From Mobula hypostoma (taxonomy: Eukaryota): a DNA stretch of 64,000 nt. Below the pieces are notes generated by a model. That model made no database searches and was not told where the DNA came from. It was given only the letters and a program-made list of their open reading frames with translations. The DNA is taken from NCBI RefSeq assembly GCF_963921235.1, contig NC_086108.1:110548001-110612000 (forward strand), given 5' to 3'. Shown here piece after piece: positions 1-13,129 of the stretch (its first letter is position 1; every line of letters begins with the position of its first letter). A program made the translations under genes and the position numbers.

Positions 1-2419
1 GTTCAAGGTTGGGGCAAGCCTGGGTTGTTGTCATCCAGTGTACACTCAGTGGCCACGTTATTAGGCACGGGAGCTGCTACTGTAGTCTATCCACTCCGAG
101 CTTCAACGTCTTGTGCATTCAGAGATGCTCTTCTGCACCCTACTGCTTATTTGCTTTCATTATCGTGGTCCACAAGCAGGGCCTGGGTCGGGTTGACTGG
201 ACGAGAGAGCCTAGTGATTAAAATCCGTAACACCCAAAGACCCCAGGTTATGTTACTGATTATGTGACCCGGTGCACGCCCGGATAATTAAGCCAAGTGA
301 TGTCAGACCAAGTTAACGAAAGGCATGGGCCAGATTAAAGTGGCTTCGCAACCCTAGCCCACACATCCCCACTAACCCTGGTCATGCCCCCACAGATGAG
401 CTGACTTGTTTCAGGAGGAGGAAGATCACAGTGAAGGCAAGTGTTGGACACGATTAATGAAGACGTGGGCTAGATCAAAGAGGCAGGGTTGCGTGACACT
501 GAAGCTGGAGTGACAAGATCAAGAAGCACAAGGGGGTTATTTTCCCATTGCCCACATAATCACATCCCCTCCTTATACTTGCCTCTAATCAACTTAAAAT
601 TATGCCTCTCTCATAATAGCTATTTCCACCCAGGGAAAAGTCTCTGGCTGTTTACTCTGTGCACCTGATCTTGTACACATTGATCAAGTTAAGTTCTCCC
701 TCCTAAAGCGTTTGGAGGCTGTAAGGAGACACGTCATCCATACAGATTGATTCATTACAACAATGTATTGAGGTAGAACACGGTAAAACAATAACAGAAT
801 GCAGAATAAACCCTGTTACAGTTACAGAGAAAGTGTAAGAGAAAGCAGGCAGAAAATAAGGTGCCAAGTCACGATGGTGGGAGATTGTCAGGTTATTGTA
901 CTGGGGGAACGTTTTGCAATCTTACAACAGTGGGACAGGACCTGTCTGAGCCCGGTGGTCAAGCTTTCTGGCTTTTCTATCATCAGTTTTCTACCCAATG
1001 ACAGGGGGTTCGGCTTGGGTGGGTGGAGTCTTTGATTATGTTGGCTGTTTTACTGAGACAGCGAGAAGTGTAGACGGTCTGTACTGGCTTGTGTAATATC
1101 CGTTGGTGACCCCGACCAACTGTGTATAGATGCGACAGACAAAGTCTTTTTGGGTGATAATGTCAAATACAGGAGAGCACAGTTTTTTTTTTAGATTGTG
1201 AAGACATGCAGTCCTCTTTTATTGTCATTTAGTAATGCATGCATTAAGAAATGATACAATATTTCCTCCGGTGTGATATCACAAAACACAGGACAGACCA
1301 AGACTGAAAAAACTGACAAAACCACATAATTATAACATCTAGTTACAACAGTGTAATGATACCATAACTTGATGAAGAAGCCCATGAGCACAGTAAAGTT
1401 CAAAGTCTCTCAAATGTCCCACATCTCACGCAGACGGGAGAAGGAAGAAAAACTCTCCCTGCCATGCCGACCACAATCCAACTCTGAGTCATCCGAAAAC
1501 TTCAAGCCTCCAATCAGCTCTCTGACACCGAGTACTGAGCATCATCTCTGTCCGAACGATTCGACCTCCTTCTCGGTTGCCAACAGCAGGCAAAGCCGGG
1601 GATTTTGAGGCCTACCCTCCGAAAGATTTCCGACTGCGCAGTAATGACAGCAGCGAACGAGCGTTTCAGAAATTTCTCCAGATGTTCCTCTGTGCTTTCA
1701 CGTCCATTCTCCATCAAATCAGAATTGTCCACAGCCCCTATTTAACAGATACGACATCGTTTTTCATCGGAGGGCTGTGCATGCTCCTCTTCTCCTCCCG
1801 CCTTTATTTATTTATTGAGATACAGCGAGGAATAGGCCCTTTGTTCCCTTTGAGCCGTGTTGCCCAGTGATCCCCCAATTTAACCCTAGCCGAATCACGT
1901 GACAATTTACAATGACCAGTTAACCAAGCACCCGGTATTTGACTGTGGAAGGAAACTGGAGCGCCCGGAGGAAACGTCCATGGCCATAGGGCAAACGTAC
2001 AGACTCCTTCCAGACTGCAGTGGGAATTGAACCCAGATCACCGCTTGTCGCTCGCTGCTACTGACCACAAAGCCTTGCGCTAACCACTACGCCACCGTGC
2101 CACCCTGCAGTTTGAGGTGAGAGGGAAGAAATTTGACTGAGATGTGCAGGATAAGTTTCCTTGTGCAGAGAATCTGCGTGCCTGGAACATGTTGCCAGAG
2201 GCAGAGACGATGGGGCCACATGGTGTGGGGTAGAGGTTAGCCCAATGGTTTATGGCGCTGGCGACCCTGGTTCAGTTCTATCGCTGTCTGTAAGGAGTTT
2301 GTACCGTCTCTGTGTGACGACATGAGTTTCCTGCAGCTGCTCTCGTTTCTTCCCATAGTCCAAAGTTGTGTGTTGGGCCAGAAGGGCCGTCATTGTGCTG
2401 TATCACTAAATAAATTAGG

Positions 2420-2790
2420 GTGATGGGGTAAAGATATCTCTACCAAAGGAGAAAAAGGTGCTTCTTCCCTCCGCTAGTGTGCAGGTCACCATTGGACAAG
2501 GTGTAGCACGTACTTAACCCCCCCGATCAGGGTCACATGAAGCCATGGGAGCAGGTAGTGGGTGGTCATAGGAGCAGCCGGTGCAGATCACAAGTCCAGG
2601 TTATGCGACCACTGACGCCAGGCAGACAATCTCTGAAAAGTATTGATAATGGCTGGGGTCACCTGTCTTGTAAAGACACTGCCCAGAAGAAGGCAATGGC
2701 AAACCACTTCTGTAGGAAAATTTCCCACAAACAATCATGGTTATAGAAAGACCTTGATTGCCGTCGTCATACGAAACAGGACGTAGTGAT
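2420..2790 (+). mobile_element. Non-autonomous RTE-related repeat (second copy at about 50780-51150 -)
   Basis: Two dispersed copies. The 3' part gaaggcaatggcaaaccacttc resembles RTE/BovB-type SINE tails. Confidence 0.5.
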
Positions 2791-3434
2791 GGTGAAATAA
2801 AATATCCGTGTTTATGTGGTGTTTAGGCATGTGAACGTGCAGACAGCAGATGGGCACAGATCATGTTCAGGCAGATAGGATTAGTTTAATCTGACAGTAT
2901 AGACGTAGTGGGCCGAAGGGCCTGTTCCTGTGCTGTACTTGTATGTTCTAACATTCCAGATCCCTTCATTAGAACTGCCACTTTCCTCAGCATCTGTACC
3001 TACTTCCTTATCAGAAGATTCCCCTCCCTCCCCCAGGACTGTAGACCCTTCCTCCTCTGACCGGAGTTTGCAATTCATCCAATGGAATAAAAGCATACAT
3101 TTCTAAAGAATGATCTGGCCCGGGGGGGGAAAACGTTTTTCTCTCTTCCCCACAGTTGCTTCCTGACCTGCCAAGTGTTTCCAGCAATGTTTGTTGTTTG
3201 GGTAAACAAAATGGCTATTTGTGTATCGGTCTTGAATTCTGTTGATTGGCTGTTTTACTCTGCGGTAAAGGCCGCTCTTTTGCCAGCTCTCTCTAGACCA
3301 TGGGTTCCCAACTTTCTTTAAGCCATGGACCCCTGTTCTAACAGAAGTCAATTCTGTATGTTTAGGCTTCTAAAACAGTGACCACATCTACATTTCCCTG
3401 GAAGAAGGGTCTTGTTGACTTTTAATTCCCCTTC

Positions 3435-3975
3435 ATACATCAATGTTCCAAGTAAATTTATTTTCAAAGTATGTGTGTATCATCATTTCTGCCTTGAGAT
3501 TCATTTTCTTGCAGGCATTTACAGAAAAAATACAATATAATTCTATGAAAACTATGTATAAACAGGCAAAGAGTGACAAACAACCAGTGTGTGCAAAAGA
3601 AGATAAACAAGTAAAAATAATACTGAGAACATGAGTTGTAGAGTTCTTGACAGTTAATCAATGTGTTGTGGAATCAGTTCAGAGTTGTAGTGAGTGAAGT
3701 TATCCATGCTAGTTCAGGAGCCTGATGGTTGAGGGGTAATGAATGACCCTGAAACTGGTGGTGTGGGACTTGAGGATTCTCTGCTTCCTGCCTGATGGTG
3801 GTAGTGGGAAGAGAGCATGGCCTGGGGTGTTTGAGAGTCTTTGATGGATGCTGCTTTCTTGTAGCATTGCTCCTTGTCGATGTGTTCCATGGTGGGTGGG
3901 CTTTGCCTGAGATAGCTTGGGCTGCGTCCACAACTTTCTGCGGTCTGTTTTTGTTCCTGAGCATTGGCGTTTTCA
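3435..3975 (-). mobile_element. Rex1/Babar-like LINE 3' fragment (others at about 14675-15225 -, 29120-29530 -, 32500-33030 -, 50600-50770 +)
   Basis: Recurring peptide HPGHALF.LLPSGRRYRSL..HT.RFRNS(F/Y).P..IRLLN. Confidence 0.7.
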
Positions 3976-4064
3976 TACCTGGCTGTGTGCTGTCTGACTT
4001 GCTGATTTCCTCCAGCGCTTTGTGAGTGTCACTCTAATTTCTCCCCATGCCATTTCTGTTCCAG

Positions 4065-4146
4065 TCAGAACTCTTGAATTGTGAAGACTACAAGAAGTCT
4101 CGTAGCTTGAATGGTCATGCCCAAGACCTGTCGGGAAACTCTGCAG
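4065..4146 (+). CDS. SAMD13: Candidate upstream coding exon of SAMD13 (SELLNCEDYKKSRSLNGHAQDLSGNSA-G)
   Basis: Non-repeat island with a pyrimidine tract and ccag acceptor, and donor CAG|gtaaag. The frame is open and ends in phase 1, matching the phase-1 start of exon 15269. An alternative acceptor at 4069 is possible. No homology recognised, so this is inference. Confidence 0.55.
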
Positions 4147-4345
4147 GTAAAGCTCCCTCCTTGTCACTGAACTTGGCTGATGAGTCGCACAGCGGGTAGT
4201 GCAGCTATATCACACCTTCAGGGACCCGAGTTTGATACTGATCTCAGGCACTGTCTGTGTGAGTTTTGCACATTCTCACTGTAATTGTGCCCATAATGTC
4301 GTGCTGAACCAATTCAGTTAGTAATCAGATGGCCACCTAAACTAA

Positions 4346-4544
4346 ACAACAGGAATTCTGCAGATGCTGGAAATTCAAGCAACATACATCAAAGTTGCTG
4401 GTGAATGCAGCAGGCCAAGCAGCATCTATAGGAAGAGGCGCAGTCGACGTTTCAGGCCGAGACCTCGGCCTGAAACGTCGACTGCGCCTCTTCCTATAGA
4501 TGCTGCTTGGCCTGCTGCGTTCACCAGCAACTTTGATGTATGTT
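4346..4544. mobile_element. Mini hairpin Penelope-terminus element (near-perfect palindrome)
   Basis: About 80-bp inverted arms centred near 4462. 14-bp TSD GCCACCTAAACTAA (4332-4345, 4545-4558). Sequence matches the Penelope terminus at 43405-43525. Confidence 0.88.
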
Positions 4545-5714
4545 GCCACCTAAACTAATCTCTTCTGCCTACACAATATCCATATCCTTCCATTTTCCTC
4601 ACATTCATGTGTCTATGTAAACATCTCTTTACTTTTCAATATTTTTATTAGTTTCTACATAAAAGAATACAGAGTACAAGAAAGTATATACAAAAGGTCG
4701 AGAAAAAACATCTACCAATTACATTGTTATTATGAATAGATATAATCTCATTACCCCGTATTCATGTAGGTTAGTCAAAGTTATATTGAAATATACTAAT
4801 TTATTACAGAAAAGAGTCTAACCCCTACCAAGACCGAAGCTGTTTATTAAGGAGAAAAAAAAGGTAAAATACCTTCTCGTACAATAAAAATTAATAATAG
4901 CCAACATCTAAATTTAAACATCGAATTGAGGGTTTGAAAGTTTTGAAAATAGTTCAGAAAGGGTCCCCACAATGTTTGAAAGTCTTGATGAGATTCAGAA
5001 ATTGAACAACGAATCTTCTCTAAATCTAAGCATGACATAACATCGCATAACCATTGAGCATGAGTAGGAGGAAAAACATCTTTCCATTTAAACAAAAGCG
5101 CCCTCCTAGCTATAAGAGAGCTAACAGCCAAAATATGTAAATCTGATGTCTTCAGCTTGATATCTTGTTCTGCAACAATACAGAATAGGGCCGTCAGAGG
5201 ATTAGGCTTAAAATTGACTTTGAAAAGTAAAGAACAAGTTTGAAAAACTTCCTTCCAATATTTTTCAGGACATGGACAAGTCCAAAACATATGAATTAAT
5301 GAAGCTTCTGCATTATTACATCTGTCACAGTAGGGAGATATATTCAAATAAAAACGAGATAGCTTATCTTTAGTCATATGGACTCTATGTACCACCTTAA
5401 ATTGTATGAAGGAATGGCGAGCACATAGCGATGACGTATTAACCAGTTGAAAAATTTCATTCCAAGTTTCCTCAGGTATTGATGTCCGTAAGTCTTGTTC
5501 CCAGAGATTCTTAATTTTGTCTAAAGGAACATTCCTCATCTCCAGTAACATACCATAAATATTAGATATTGAACCATTATAAAAAGGTGTCAAATTAAAA
5601 ATTACACCTAGTAAGTTCTTATCTGAGCTTATAGGAAATGTGCATAATTGAGATCTTAGAAAGTCTCTAATTTGTAGATATCTAAGAAAGTGAGTTTTGG
5701 GTAAGCTATATTTA

Positions 5715-6090
5715 GATAGATAGACATACTTTATTGATCCTGAGGGAAATTGGGTTTCGTTACAGTTGCACCAACCAAGAATAGAGTATAAATATAGCAA
5801 TATAAAACTACAAATAAATAAATAATAATATGTAAATTATGCCAGATGGAAATAAGTCCAGGACCAGCATATTGGCTCAGAGTGTCTGACCCTCCAAAGG
5901 AGGAGTTTTAAAGTTTGATGGCCACAGGCAGGAATGACTTCGTATGACGCTCTGTGTTGCATCTCGGTGGAATGAGTCTCTGGCTGAATGTACTCCTGTG
6001 CCCAACCAGTACATTATGTAATGGATGGGAGACATTGTCCAAGGTGGCATGCAACTTGGACAGCATCCTCTTTTCAGACACCACCATGTG
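5715..6090 (-). mobile_element. 3' fragment of a Rex1/Babar-like LINE inserted in the L1
   Basis: Peptide LDNVSHPLH...RCNTERHTKSFLPVAIKL is typical of the Rex/L2-group RT C-terminus. Tandem tatc tail. Confidence 0.65.
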
Positions 6091-6733
6091 AAATTTAGCT
6101 GACAATTGCTCAAATGAAAAAAGATTTCCTCCAACAAACAGATCCCAAAAATAATTAATACCCAACCTGTCCCATTCTTTAAAAACTAAATCAGTCATGG
6201 AGGGTTTAAAAAAAAATTAGAATAAATGGGACTAGAAAGGGAAAATTTAAATAAACCAAAATGTTTTCTAAATTGTATCCAGATCATCAGAGTATGTTTA
6301 ACTATTAAATTATCAGTTAGTTTACTTACAAATACAGGAAACGAGGATCTAAGAAGAGAAATTATAGAAAATTTACTAACAGAAATAGCTTCTAAAGAAA
6401 CCCATACTGGACAGGCTACACGATTAGTATAATATATCCAAAACATAAGATATCGTATATTAACTGCCCAGTAATAAAACTTAAAATTAGGTAAGGCTAA
6501 CCTCCAGACTTTTTAGGTTTTTGAAGATGAACTTTATTTAAATGAGGACGTTTATTTTTCCATATATAGGAGGATAAAATAGATTCAAGAGAGTCAAAAA
6601 AGGATTTAGGAATAAAAACAGGTAAAGCCTGAAAAAGATATATAAATTTAGGTAGAATATTAATTTTAATAGAATTAATTCGTCCAATCAATGATATTGA
6701 AAGAGGTAACCAATTTAATGATATCTTTTGTAC

Positions 6734-7710
6734 TGTCGTGGTTCGGTCCGTGAAGTCCGCATTCCGGTTCACGGTCCAGTCCATCGACCCTTGCTCCAAG
6801 TTTTCCTGTCTACCCTGTTTCTGTTCCTGTTGAGTACTACTTGAGGCAGCTGATTCTCGTTGGGGCTGGCTGCATAAATACCTCCAGAGACCAGGGTGTG
6901 GCTGCTGGATTGTTCTTGTCCTTACTCCTTGTATCCCTTCCCCTGCCTTCTGTTTCCTCACCTGAAGCCCTGCCTTGTCTTGCCGGTAACTCTCACCTCG
7001 CTTCGCCTGTAGTCTTGTCTTGGAGCCACCCTGTACCTAGCTCCCTTCCTGTCCCTTGCCTCCGCTGGGTAAGTCAGACTGTCTTGCCGTTACCCTGCGG
7101 TTGGTTCTGTCCCTTCCTGTCCCTTGCCTCCGTCGGGTAGGCCAAGCCAACTTGCTGTTACCTACAGTTGGTTCTGTCCATTCCTGTCCTTTGCCTCCGT
7201 CGGGTAAGCCAGGCCATATTGCCATTACCCTGCGGTTGGTTCTGTCCCTTCCTGTCCCTTGCCTCCGTCGGGTGGAGTACCGCGCCCTGCCCAGGTGATC
7301 TGTGCCCTGCCCAGGTGATCCGTGCCCTGCCCAGGAGTACTGCACCCTGCCCAGGAGGAGCTTCAAGACCCCAAGCCTTGAGCCTCGCCCCAAGCCAAGC
7401 TTCAAGACCCCAAGTCTCAAGCCTCTGGTCTCCAGCCTGAAGACTCCAGCTTCGTCCTGCCTGCCAGCCAAGTCACGTCCTTGCCTTGTTCTGGGGTCCG
7501 AGCCAGAGGCAAGACCCAGGTTCTGGGCCCTTGTCCAGTCTCTGGCTCGGAGTCCAAGCCCTGGTTCCTAGCTCTCTTGTCCAGTCCTGTTCTGGGTTCC
7601 CAGTTTTCTTGTCCATGTCCCAACCCTCACCCTGTATCCTAGTCCTGTCCCTAGTACTTCAGTGTCTGTGTCTTGCACTTGGGCCCGTTTCCAGCCACCA
7701 CCTTATGACA
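6734..7710. mobile_element. Solo LTR (977 bp) nested in the L1
   Basis: TG...CA ends with short inverted termini (tgtcgt/atgaca). 5-bp TSD TGTAC at 6729-6733 and 7711-7715. TATA-like tgcataaata at about 6871 and internal tandem duplications. L1 sequence resumes on both sides. Confidence 0.82.
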
Positions 7711-10219
7711 TGTACATGGTTCAATAAAGTATTCTTTAAACGGGTGTTTGTAATTCTTAGTGATTGTTACACCCAAATAAGTAAATTGATTCCTTACAAT
7801 TTTAAATTTATACCAAATTAGTTAAAGGAAATAACTCACTCTTATGTAGGTTCAATTTATATCCTGAAAACTGGCTAAAACGGGAGAGTAAAGAAAGTAC
7901 ACAGGGTAACAAAATCTCAACATTGGAGATAAAAAGCAATATATCATCAGCGTAAAGCGAGATTTTGCGGGTGATACCTCTCCTTGAAATAGCACAGATA
8001 TCATTAGATTCTCGAAAAGCAATAGCTGGGGGTTCTAAAGCTAAATCAAAAAGCAAAAGACTCAACGGACAGCCTTGTCTAGTTCCGCGGTGAAGTTTAA
8101 ATGGTTTGGAATTTTGAAAGTTAGTAAGAACTCGAGCAGAAGGAGATAAATAAAGTAATTTAATCCATTGAGTAAAATCTGGTCCAAAATTAAATTTTTC
8201 TAAGGTTTTAACTACATAATTCCATTCAACCCGATTGAAGGCCTTCTCAGCATGGAAGGATATCACACATTCCAATATCTCCTGAGAAGGAGAGTAAGTA
8301 ACATTTAATACACGGTGTATATTAAAATGGGAATGTGGGATTTTAATAAATCCAGTCTGATCATCAGAAATAATAGAAGGTAAAATATTTTCAATCCTAC
8401 GAGCCAGAACTTTAGAAAGAATTTTAGTGTCTACATTAAGTAATGAAATTGGACTATATGAAGAACATTCAGTTGGATCCTTGTCCTTTTTTAGGATGAG
8501 CGAAATAGAAGCTTCATAAAAAGATAGAGGCAAACTACCTAATTTGAAAGAATCCAAAAAGACTAAGTGTAACTGCGGTATAATTAATGAAGAAAAAGCC
8601 TTATAAAATTCTCCAAAAAATCCATCTGGACCTGGACCCTTACCCGAGTGTAAAGAACGTATAGCCTCAGCTATTTCCTCATAAGAAATGGGTTGATCCA
8701 TCTGTTTGCAGAAAGTGCCGGGATACTTAATTGATCTAAAAAATTGTAGCTACGTAACATCCACACCAGGAACACCAGACACAAAAACAGTTACTTTCTT
8801 CCCAAAGCAGTTAGGTTGATCAACACCTCCGCCCTCTAACCCACCCCTCCACACCCCCAACCACCACGACTTTATCATTTCCTGTCAGTCACCTTGTGTA
8901 CAGACACTCCTGTGCCCAATGTCACTTTATGGGCAATCTAAGTATATAAGCTATCTTATGTATTCATATTTATTGTGTCCTTTTTGTGCTGCGTCAGATC
9001 TGGAGTAACCATTATTTTGTTTTCCTTTACATTAAATATACTGGAAATGTCATTAAACAATCTTGAATCTTGCACAGTACTATAGTAATTTTATGTATTG
9101 CACTGTACTGTTGCCACAAAAAGAAACAAATTTCATGACACATGTGAGTGATGATAAACCTGATTCTGATATGGGTCTCTGTTGTGGACTGTGTTACGTA
9201 CCCCGTAACTGGGTTGCCAAACCAGCAGAAATGGAGCACTCAGTTGGAGTCTGGAGTACTAGAACTAAGAAAGTTTTATTAAAGAAACAAGCAACACAGT
9301 AATCGAAAGGATAATAAATGCAACAATTCAACAATGATAACCACACATGTGCACAGAATTAAGATAACAGCATCAATCAAGCTCTATCGTTGTCTAGGGG
9401 GTAAATGACCAAATTTCAAAATGACTCAAAGTTCAGTCCAGTTCAGTTCGCAGTAATCGTTGCCATGGCGAGGCACAACGTGGGGGGAAGAGAGAGATAG
9501 AATAGGAACAACTGATCATTCAGAACACTGCTTCACTCACAGACCAGCGAGATGGCTCACAAACAGCTTTTGGGCGGGTCCTTGGTGATGTCACCTGAGG
9601 TCACCGACTGTGACCCCTCCTCCAGATGCGGTCGATCCTCTGCAGTGAACCCGGCACCCAGGCAAGGGCGGACACACACCGGGTTCCCGCTGATCGTACC
9701 TTTCCACCCTTGTCGTTGTCTGGCACTTCTCACCCACTCGTGAGAGGCGCACCGCTTCCAGGGTCTCGTTACCTCGGGTGGCGTGTGCCCTGTCTTAGCG
9801 AACCTGTCCCTTTTTATCCCCCTGCTGGGGTATCGCCTGTCCATCACTTCAAACAGTTCAGGGTTCAAAGGGGGGAGCCGCTCCAGACAGCTCTCTCTCC
9901 CACATCCCTTCATTACACATCTCCAGACGCTGCTGCATTGTTCCTTATCTCTCCTTCCCCTGAGGGCAGGTGGCAGACCAACTGCTGATGCCACTGATGC
10001 TAGCCCAGGCCAGCAAACATCTTAATTTTATGTGTATTCTCGTAACACTTCCCCCCTTTAAGGATTTTTACCAAGAGGTAAAAATTACAAACATGACTAC
10101 ATTATTTGATACATACACAATATACATCTTTATCAGCTATTTGGCTAACACAGCGAGTTTGAAGCTGTCAACACCTTGACAGACAGTCATCACATTTTCT
10201 GTTCCTCTTACACGTGTTA

Positions 10220-13129
10220 TTAATAATCCCTTAGACCAGGCTCCAACTCAGCAAACTTCATAGTGGCCAAAAACACTGATGAATTGCGACCAATGTAACC
10301 TCTCATTTGGTTTTGTCCCGGACCACAACAACAAGGGTCGTCCCATTCCGACTCAGTTTTCTCTCGCAAGGGCTTAGTAGGAGGGGGACGGGTATTGACC
10401 GCAGAGTTATTGCAAAACTTCCTGCAGTACCCCACCATCTCCAAGAGCCTTCTGAGGGCCCTCTTGTCTGTCGGGGTTGGGAGGTCAGCGATAGCCTGCA
10501 CTGTAGCTTGCATCACTGCCAGCTGCCCCTGTGTCACCACAATTCCCAGGTAAGTGACCCTCGTGTGGCCGAATTCATTTTTTTCAAGGTTCACTATCAA
10601 ACTGGCTTCAGACAGCCGTATTAAATTGCCAATACACACCTCTGTGTTCATCAGCCCTTTAGTCACTGAATTACTCAAAAAATATGGGTGTTGTTTACTT
10701 GGCTGCCCTATTGTAACCACAATCACCCAACGTCCCAGTTCTTTGCATTTCCTCGGGACAATCCAACACATGGGTGCGAGTCGTTTAATTACTCCTTCGG
10801 GGATTAAGGGAGAGACCTTATCAGTAGACCTGGCCAAAACAATAGCCTTCTCCCATCTGACCGATCCCATCCTAATCTTTTCAAAATGGTTTTTTTCTCT
10901 TAGCAGGGGGCCCCTAGCTTCATTGATTTCCACGCTAACACCGACTAGGTTTGTTAGCATATCGAAAGCTGGTGACCGTCTCAGTTCGCGTCGGTCATGA
11001 TCAATAACATTCTTCCCCCTGGGCAGCCGGTAAATCTCTTTCATGATTCCACCAACTGTTTCCTCCAGCACCGCAAAATGTCCACCGGGGGGTACCTCGT
11101 GCGCCATGTTAAAAACCTCATCCCCATAACTCTTTTGCACCACCCCCCACTCCTCATCTGCGGATGCTGTACTTGATTTCCCTTTCTTCCTTAGCACTTC
11201 CTCATCCGCACAATAGCTTGTCAAGGCTGTGTCAGAGAGAGCGGTCTCGGCAAAAACCATCAGCCCCTCGTCTCGCTCCTGCGTCTGCACAAATTCTTTC
11301 CTGGCTACTGCTACGTCCGTCCCAGCTCCCTCACTACCTCTTCTCTCACTACACCCTGTCTCATACAAGGTTGGCAGAAATGTTTCAGCCAAATTCACCA
11401 TCGTGGGCGGGGCCTCCATGCTGGCAGGCTGACCCGTCAATCTCACGACTGGGAACACGATTCCTCCGGCGATGTCATTACCGAGCAAGACTTCCACGTC
11501 TTTCATCGGTAATTCGGACCTCACCCCGATCGTGACTAGTCCAGAGACCAGGTTGCTTTGTAAGTGTATCTGGTGCAAAGGGACTGACTCTGTCCCTTCC
11601 CCAACACCTTTGACCTCTACCTCCCCAGTCTGGGTCTCTGAGCTAAACTCTAATACACTCTTCAGTATTAGTGACTGACACGCTCCCGTGTCTCTCCAGA
11701 TCCGCACTGGAACTGGTTTTAACCTCTCCTTCACTGACACCAATCCGGCCGAGATAAACCTCTCGCGCCCTTCCTGGACTTTTTCAGACCTGTCCTTCCC
11801 TAGCGGTTCGCTTAACAGCTCAATACAGCCATTCAAAATTTCCGCTTTTCCTTTCCCCGTCTCCTTCCTTGGGGCAAAGCACCTGGACGCAAAGTGTCCG
11901 ACTTTCCCACAATTAAAACAGACGACCCCAGGAGACTTCCGACCAGACTGCTCCCGGTCTACCTTATCCTTTTCACTAGTCCCCGGCTTACTTTCTGACT
12001 TTTCCGGCGGACTCTCCCCGCCGTCCTGACTACCCTTCTGGTAGCCTTTACTCGGGGCAACCTTCATTTTATGCGTCAACGCATACTCATCCACTAACTT
12101 AGCAGTTGCGGCTAACGTGGCTGCCTCTTTCTCATCGAGGTAGGGTCTCATACCCTCAGGGACACAACCTTTAAACTGCTCAATCAGAATCAGCTGCAGC
12201 AGTCTGTCATAATCCCCCTCTACCCCCTTCGAGGCGCACCAACGCTCACAATATGTTTGCATCTCGCGAGCAAACTCCAAATACGTGCGGTCCCACCGCT
12301 TCCTCGCATTCTGGAACCTCTGCCGGTATGCCTCCGGGACCAACTCATAAATCCTGAGGATGGCCTCCTTCACCACCTCATACTTCTGGGCATCTTCCGC
12401 TGATAAAGCGGAGTAAGCCTGTTGGGCTTTCCCTTTCAGTACACTCTGAAGTAACACAGCCCACTTATCCCTCGGCCATTCCTGACTTATAGCCACCTTT
12501 TCGAAGTGGAGAAAGTACCGATCCACGTCGGTATCGTCAAAAGGGGGAACCAGCCTTACCTCCTGGGTCGCCCGGAACCCTCCACCTTGGTTCGGCACGA
12601 GCCCCTGCTCGGCCCTTATCTTTAACTTCTCCAGCTCAAATTCCCTTTCCCTCTGTTTCTCCTCTCTCTCCAACTGTCTTTCTCTCTCTTGCCTTTCTAC
12701 CTCTTTCTCTTTCTCCCGCCTTTCTAACTCTCTCTCTTTCTCCCGCCTTTCTAACTCTCTCTCTTTCTCCCGCCTTTCTAACTCTCTCTCTTTCTCCCGC
12801 CTTTCTAACTCTCTCTCCTGCCTTTCTAACTGCTTCTCTTCGTGTTCTAACTGCCGTACCCGGAACTCGTGCTCGAGTCTCAGTTTTTCAAGCTGTACCT
12901 GTACCGCGTCTCCAGCAGGTTTTTCAATAGACACCACCCCCAGCTCACCTTGGGGAAACACACCTTTAGGTACATAGTGCTCTACAATAGCTCTGTGTAT
13001 CTCCTCTCTCCTCATTGTCGACTTCACCTTAGCAAGATTCACCCGTTTGGCCACAGCTATCAATTCCGATTTCCTGGCATCCTCTAATGCCTCCAAGGTC
13101 GGCGCCTTTATAAATTCCTCAACCTCCAT
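10220..13129 (-). CDS. 969-aa Gag-protease-(deleted pol) polyprotein of the LTR element
   Basis: Glu/Arg coiled coil; capsid/SCAN-like segment LILIEQF...LVDEY; CCHC knuckle CFNCGKVGHFASRC (11879-11920); aspartic protease DTGA (11681-11692); integrase Zn-finger remnant AHEVPPGGHF; then RT thumb/connection remnant (VTYLG...MVGYCRKF). No YxDD or DDE core visible. Confidence 0.9.
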   Translation of the reverse strand: MEVEEFIKAPTLEALEDARKSELIAVAKRVNLAKVKSTMRREEIHRAIVEHYVPKGVFPQGELGVVSIEKPAGDAVQVQLEKLRLEHEFRVRQLEHEEKQLERQERELERREKERELERREKERELERREKERELERREKEKEVERQERERQLEREEKQREREFELEKLKIRAEQGLVPNQGGGFRATQEVRLVPPFDDTDVDRYFLHFEKVAISQEWPRDKWAVLLQSVLKGKAQQAYSALSAEDAQKYEVVKEAILRIYELVPEAYRQRFQNARKRWDRTYLEFAREMQTYCERWCASKGVEGDYDRLLQLILIEQFKGCVPEGMRPYLDEKEAATLAATAKLVDEYALTHKMKVAPSKGYQKGSQDGGESPPEKSESKPGTSEKDKVDREQSGRKSPGVVCFNCGKVGHFASRCFAPRKETGKGKAEILNGCIELLSEPLGKDRSEKVQEGRERFISAGLVSVKERLKPVPVRIWRDTGACQSLILKSVLEFSSETQTGEVEVKGVGEGTESVPLHQIHLQSNLVSGLVTIGVRSELPMKDVEVLLGNDIAGGIVFPVVRLTGQPASMEAPPTMVNLAETFLPTLYETGCSERRGSEGAGTDVAVARKEFVQTQERDEGLMVFAETALSDTALTSYCADEEVLRKKGKSSTASADEEWGVVQKSYGDEVFNMAHEVPPGGHFAVLEETVGGIMKEIYRLPRGKNVIDHDRRELRRSPAFDMLTNLVGVSVEINEARGPLLREKNHFEKIRMGSVRWEKAIVLARSTDKVSPLIPEGVIKRLAPMCWIVPRKCKELGRWVIVVTIGQPSKQHPYFLSNSVTKGLMNTEVCIGNLIRLSEASLIVNLEKNEFGHTRVTYLGIVVTQGQLAVMQATVQAIADLPTPTDKRALRRLLEMVGYCRKFCNNSAVNTRPPPTKPLREKTESEWDDPCCCGPGQNQMRGYIGRNSSVFLATMKFAELEPGLRDY
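12700..12830 (-). repeat. 27-bp coding tandem repeat (ELERREKER, about 4 copies) within gag
   Basis: Repeated ctttctaactctctctctttctcccgc units, in frame with the ORF. Confidence 0.85.

Larger units (their letters stand above)
4630..8750 (-). mobile_element. 5'-truncated, decayed L1-clade LINE (ORF2 RT and C-terminus), interrupted by a Rex-like fragment and a solo LTR
   Basis: ORF 7808-8701 has GPGPDGF, DQTGFI, RGTRQGCPLS and YADD. ORFs 6497-6961, 6195-6446 and 4847-5800 continue L1 ORF2, including the C-terminal CxxC...HxxxxC. Confidence 0.88.

Noticed and set aside
4847..5800. 317-aa ORF as a host gene
   Set aside because: It is the L1 ORF2 C-terminus fused to the 3' UTR of an inserted Rex-like fragment.
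10220..13129. Domesticated Gag/SCAN host gene or endogenous retrovirus with env
   Set aside because: It is flanked by near-identical LTRs, a TSD, PBS and PPT, so it is a recent mobile copy. No env-like ORF is visible.
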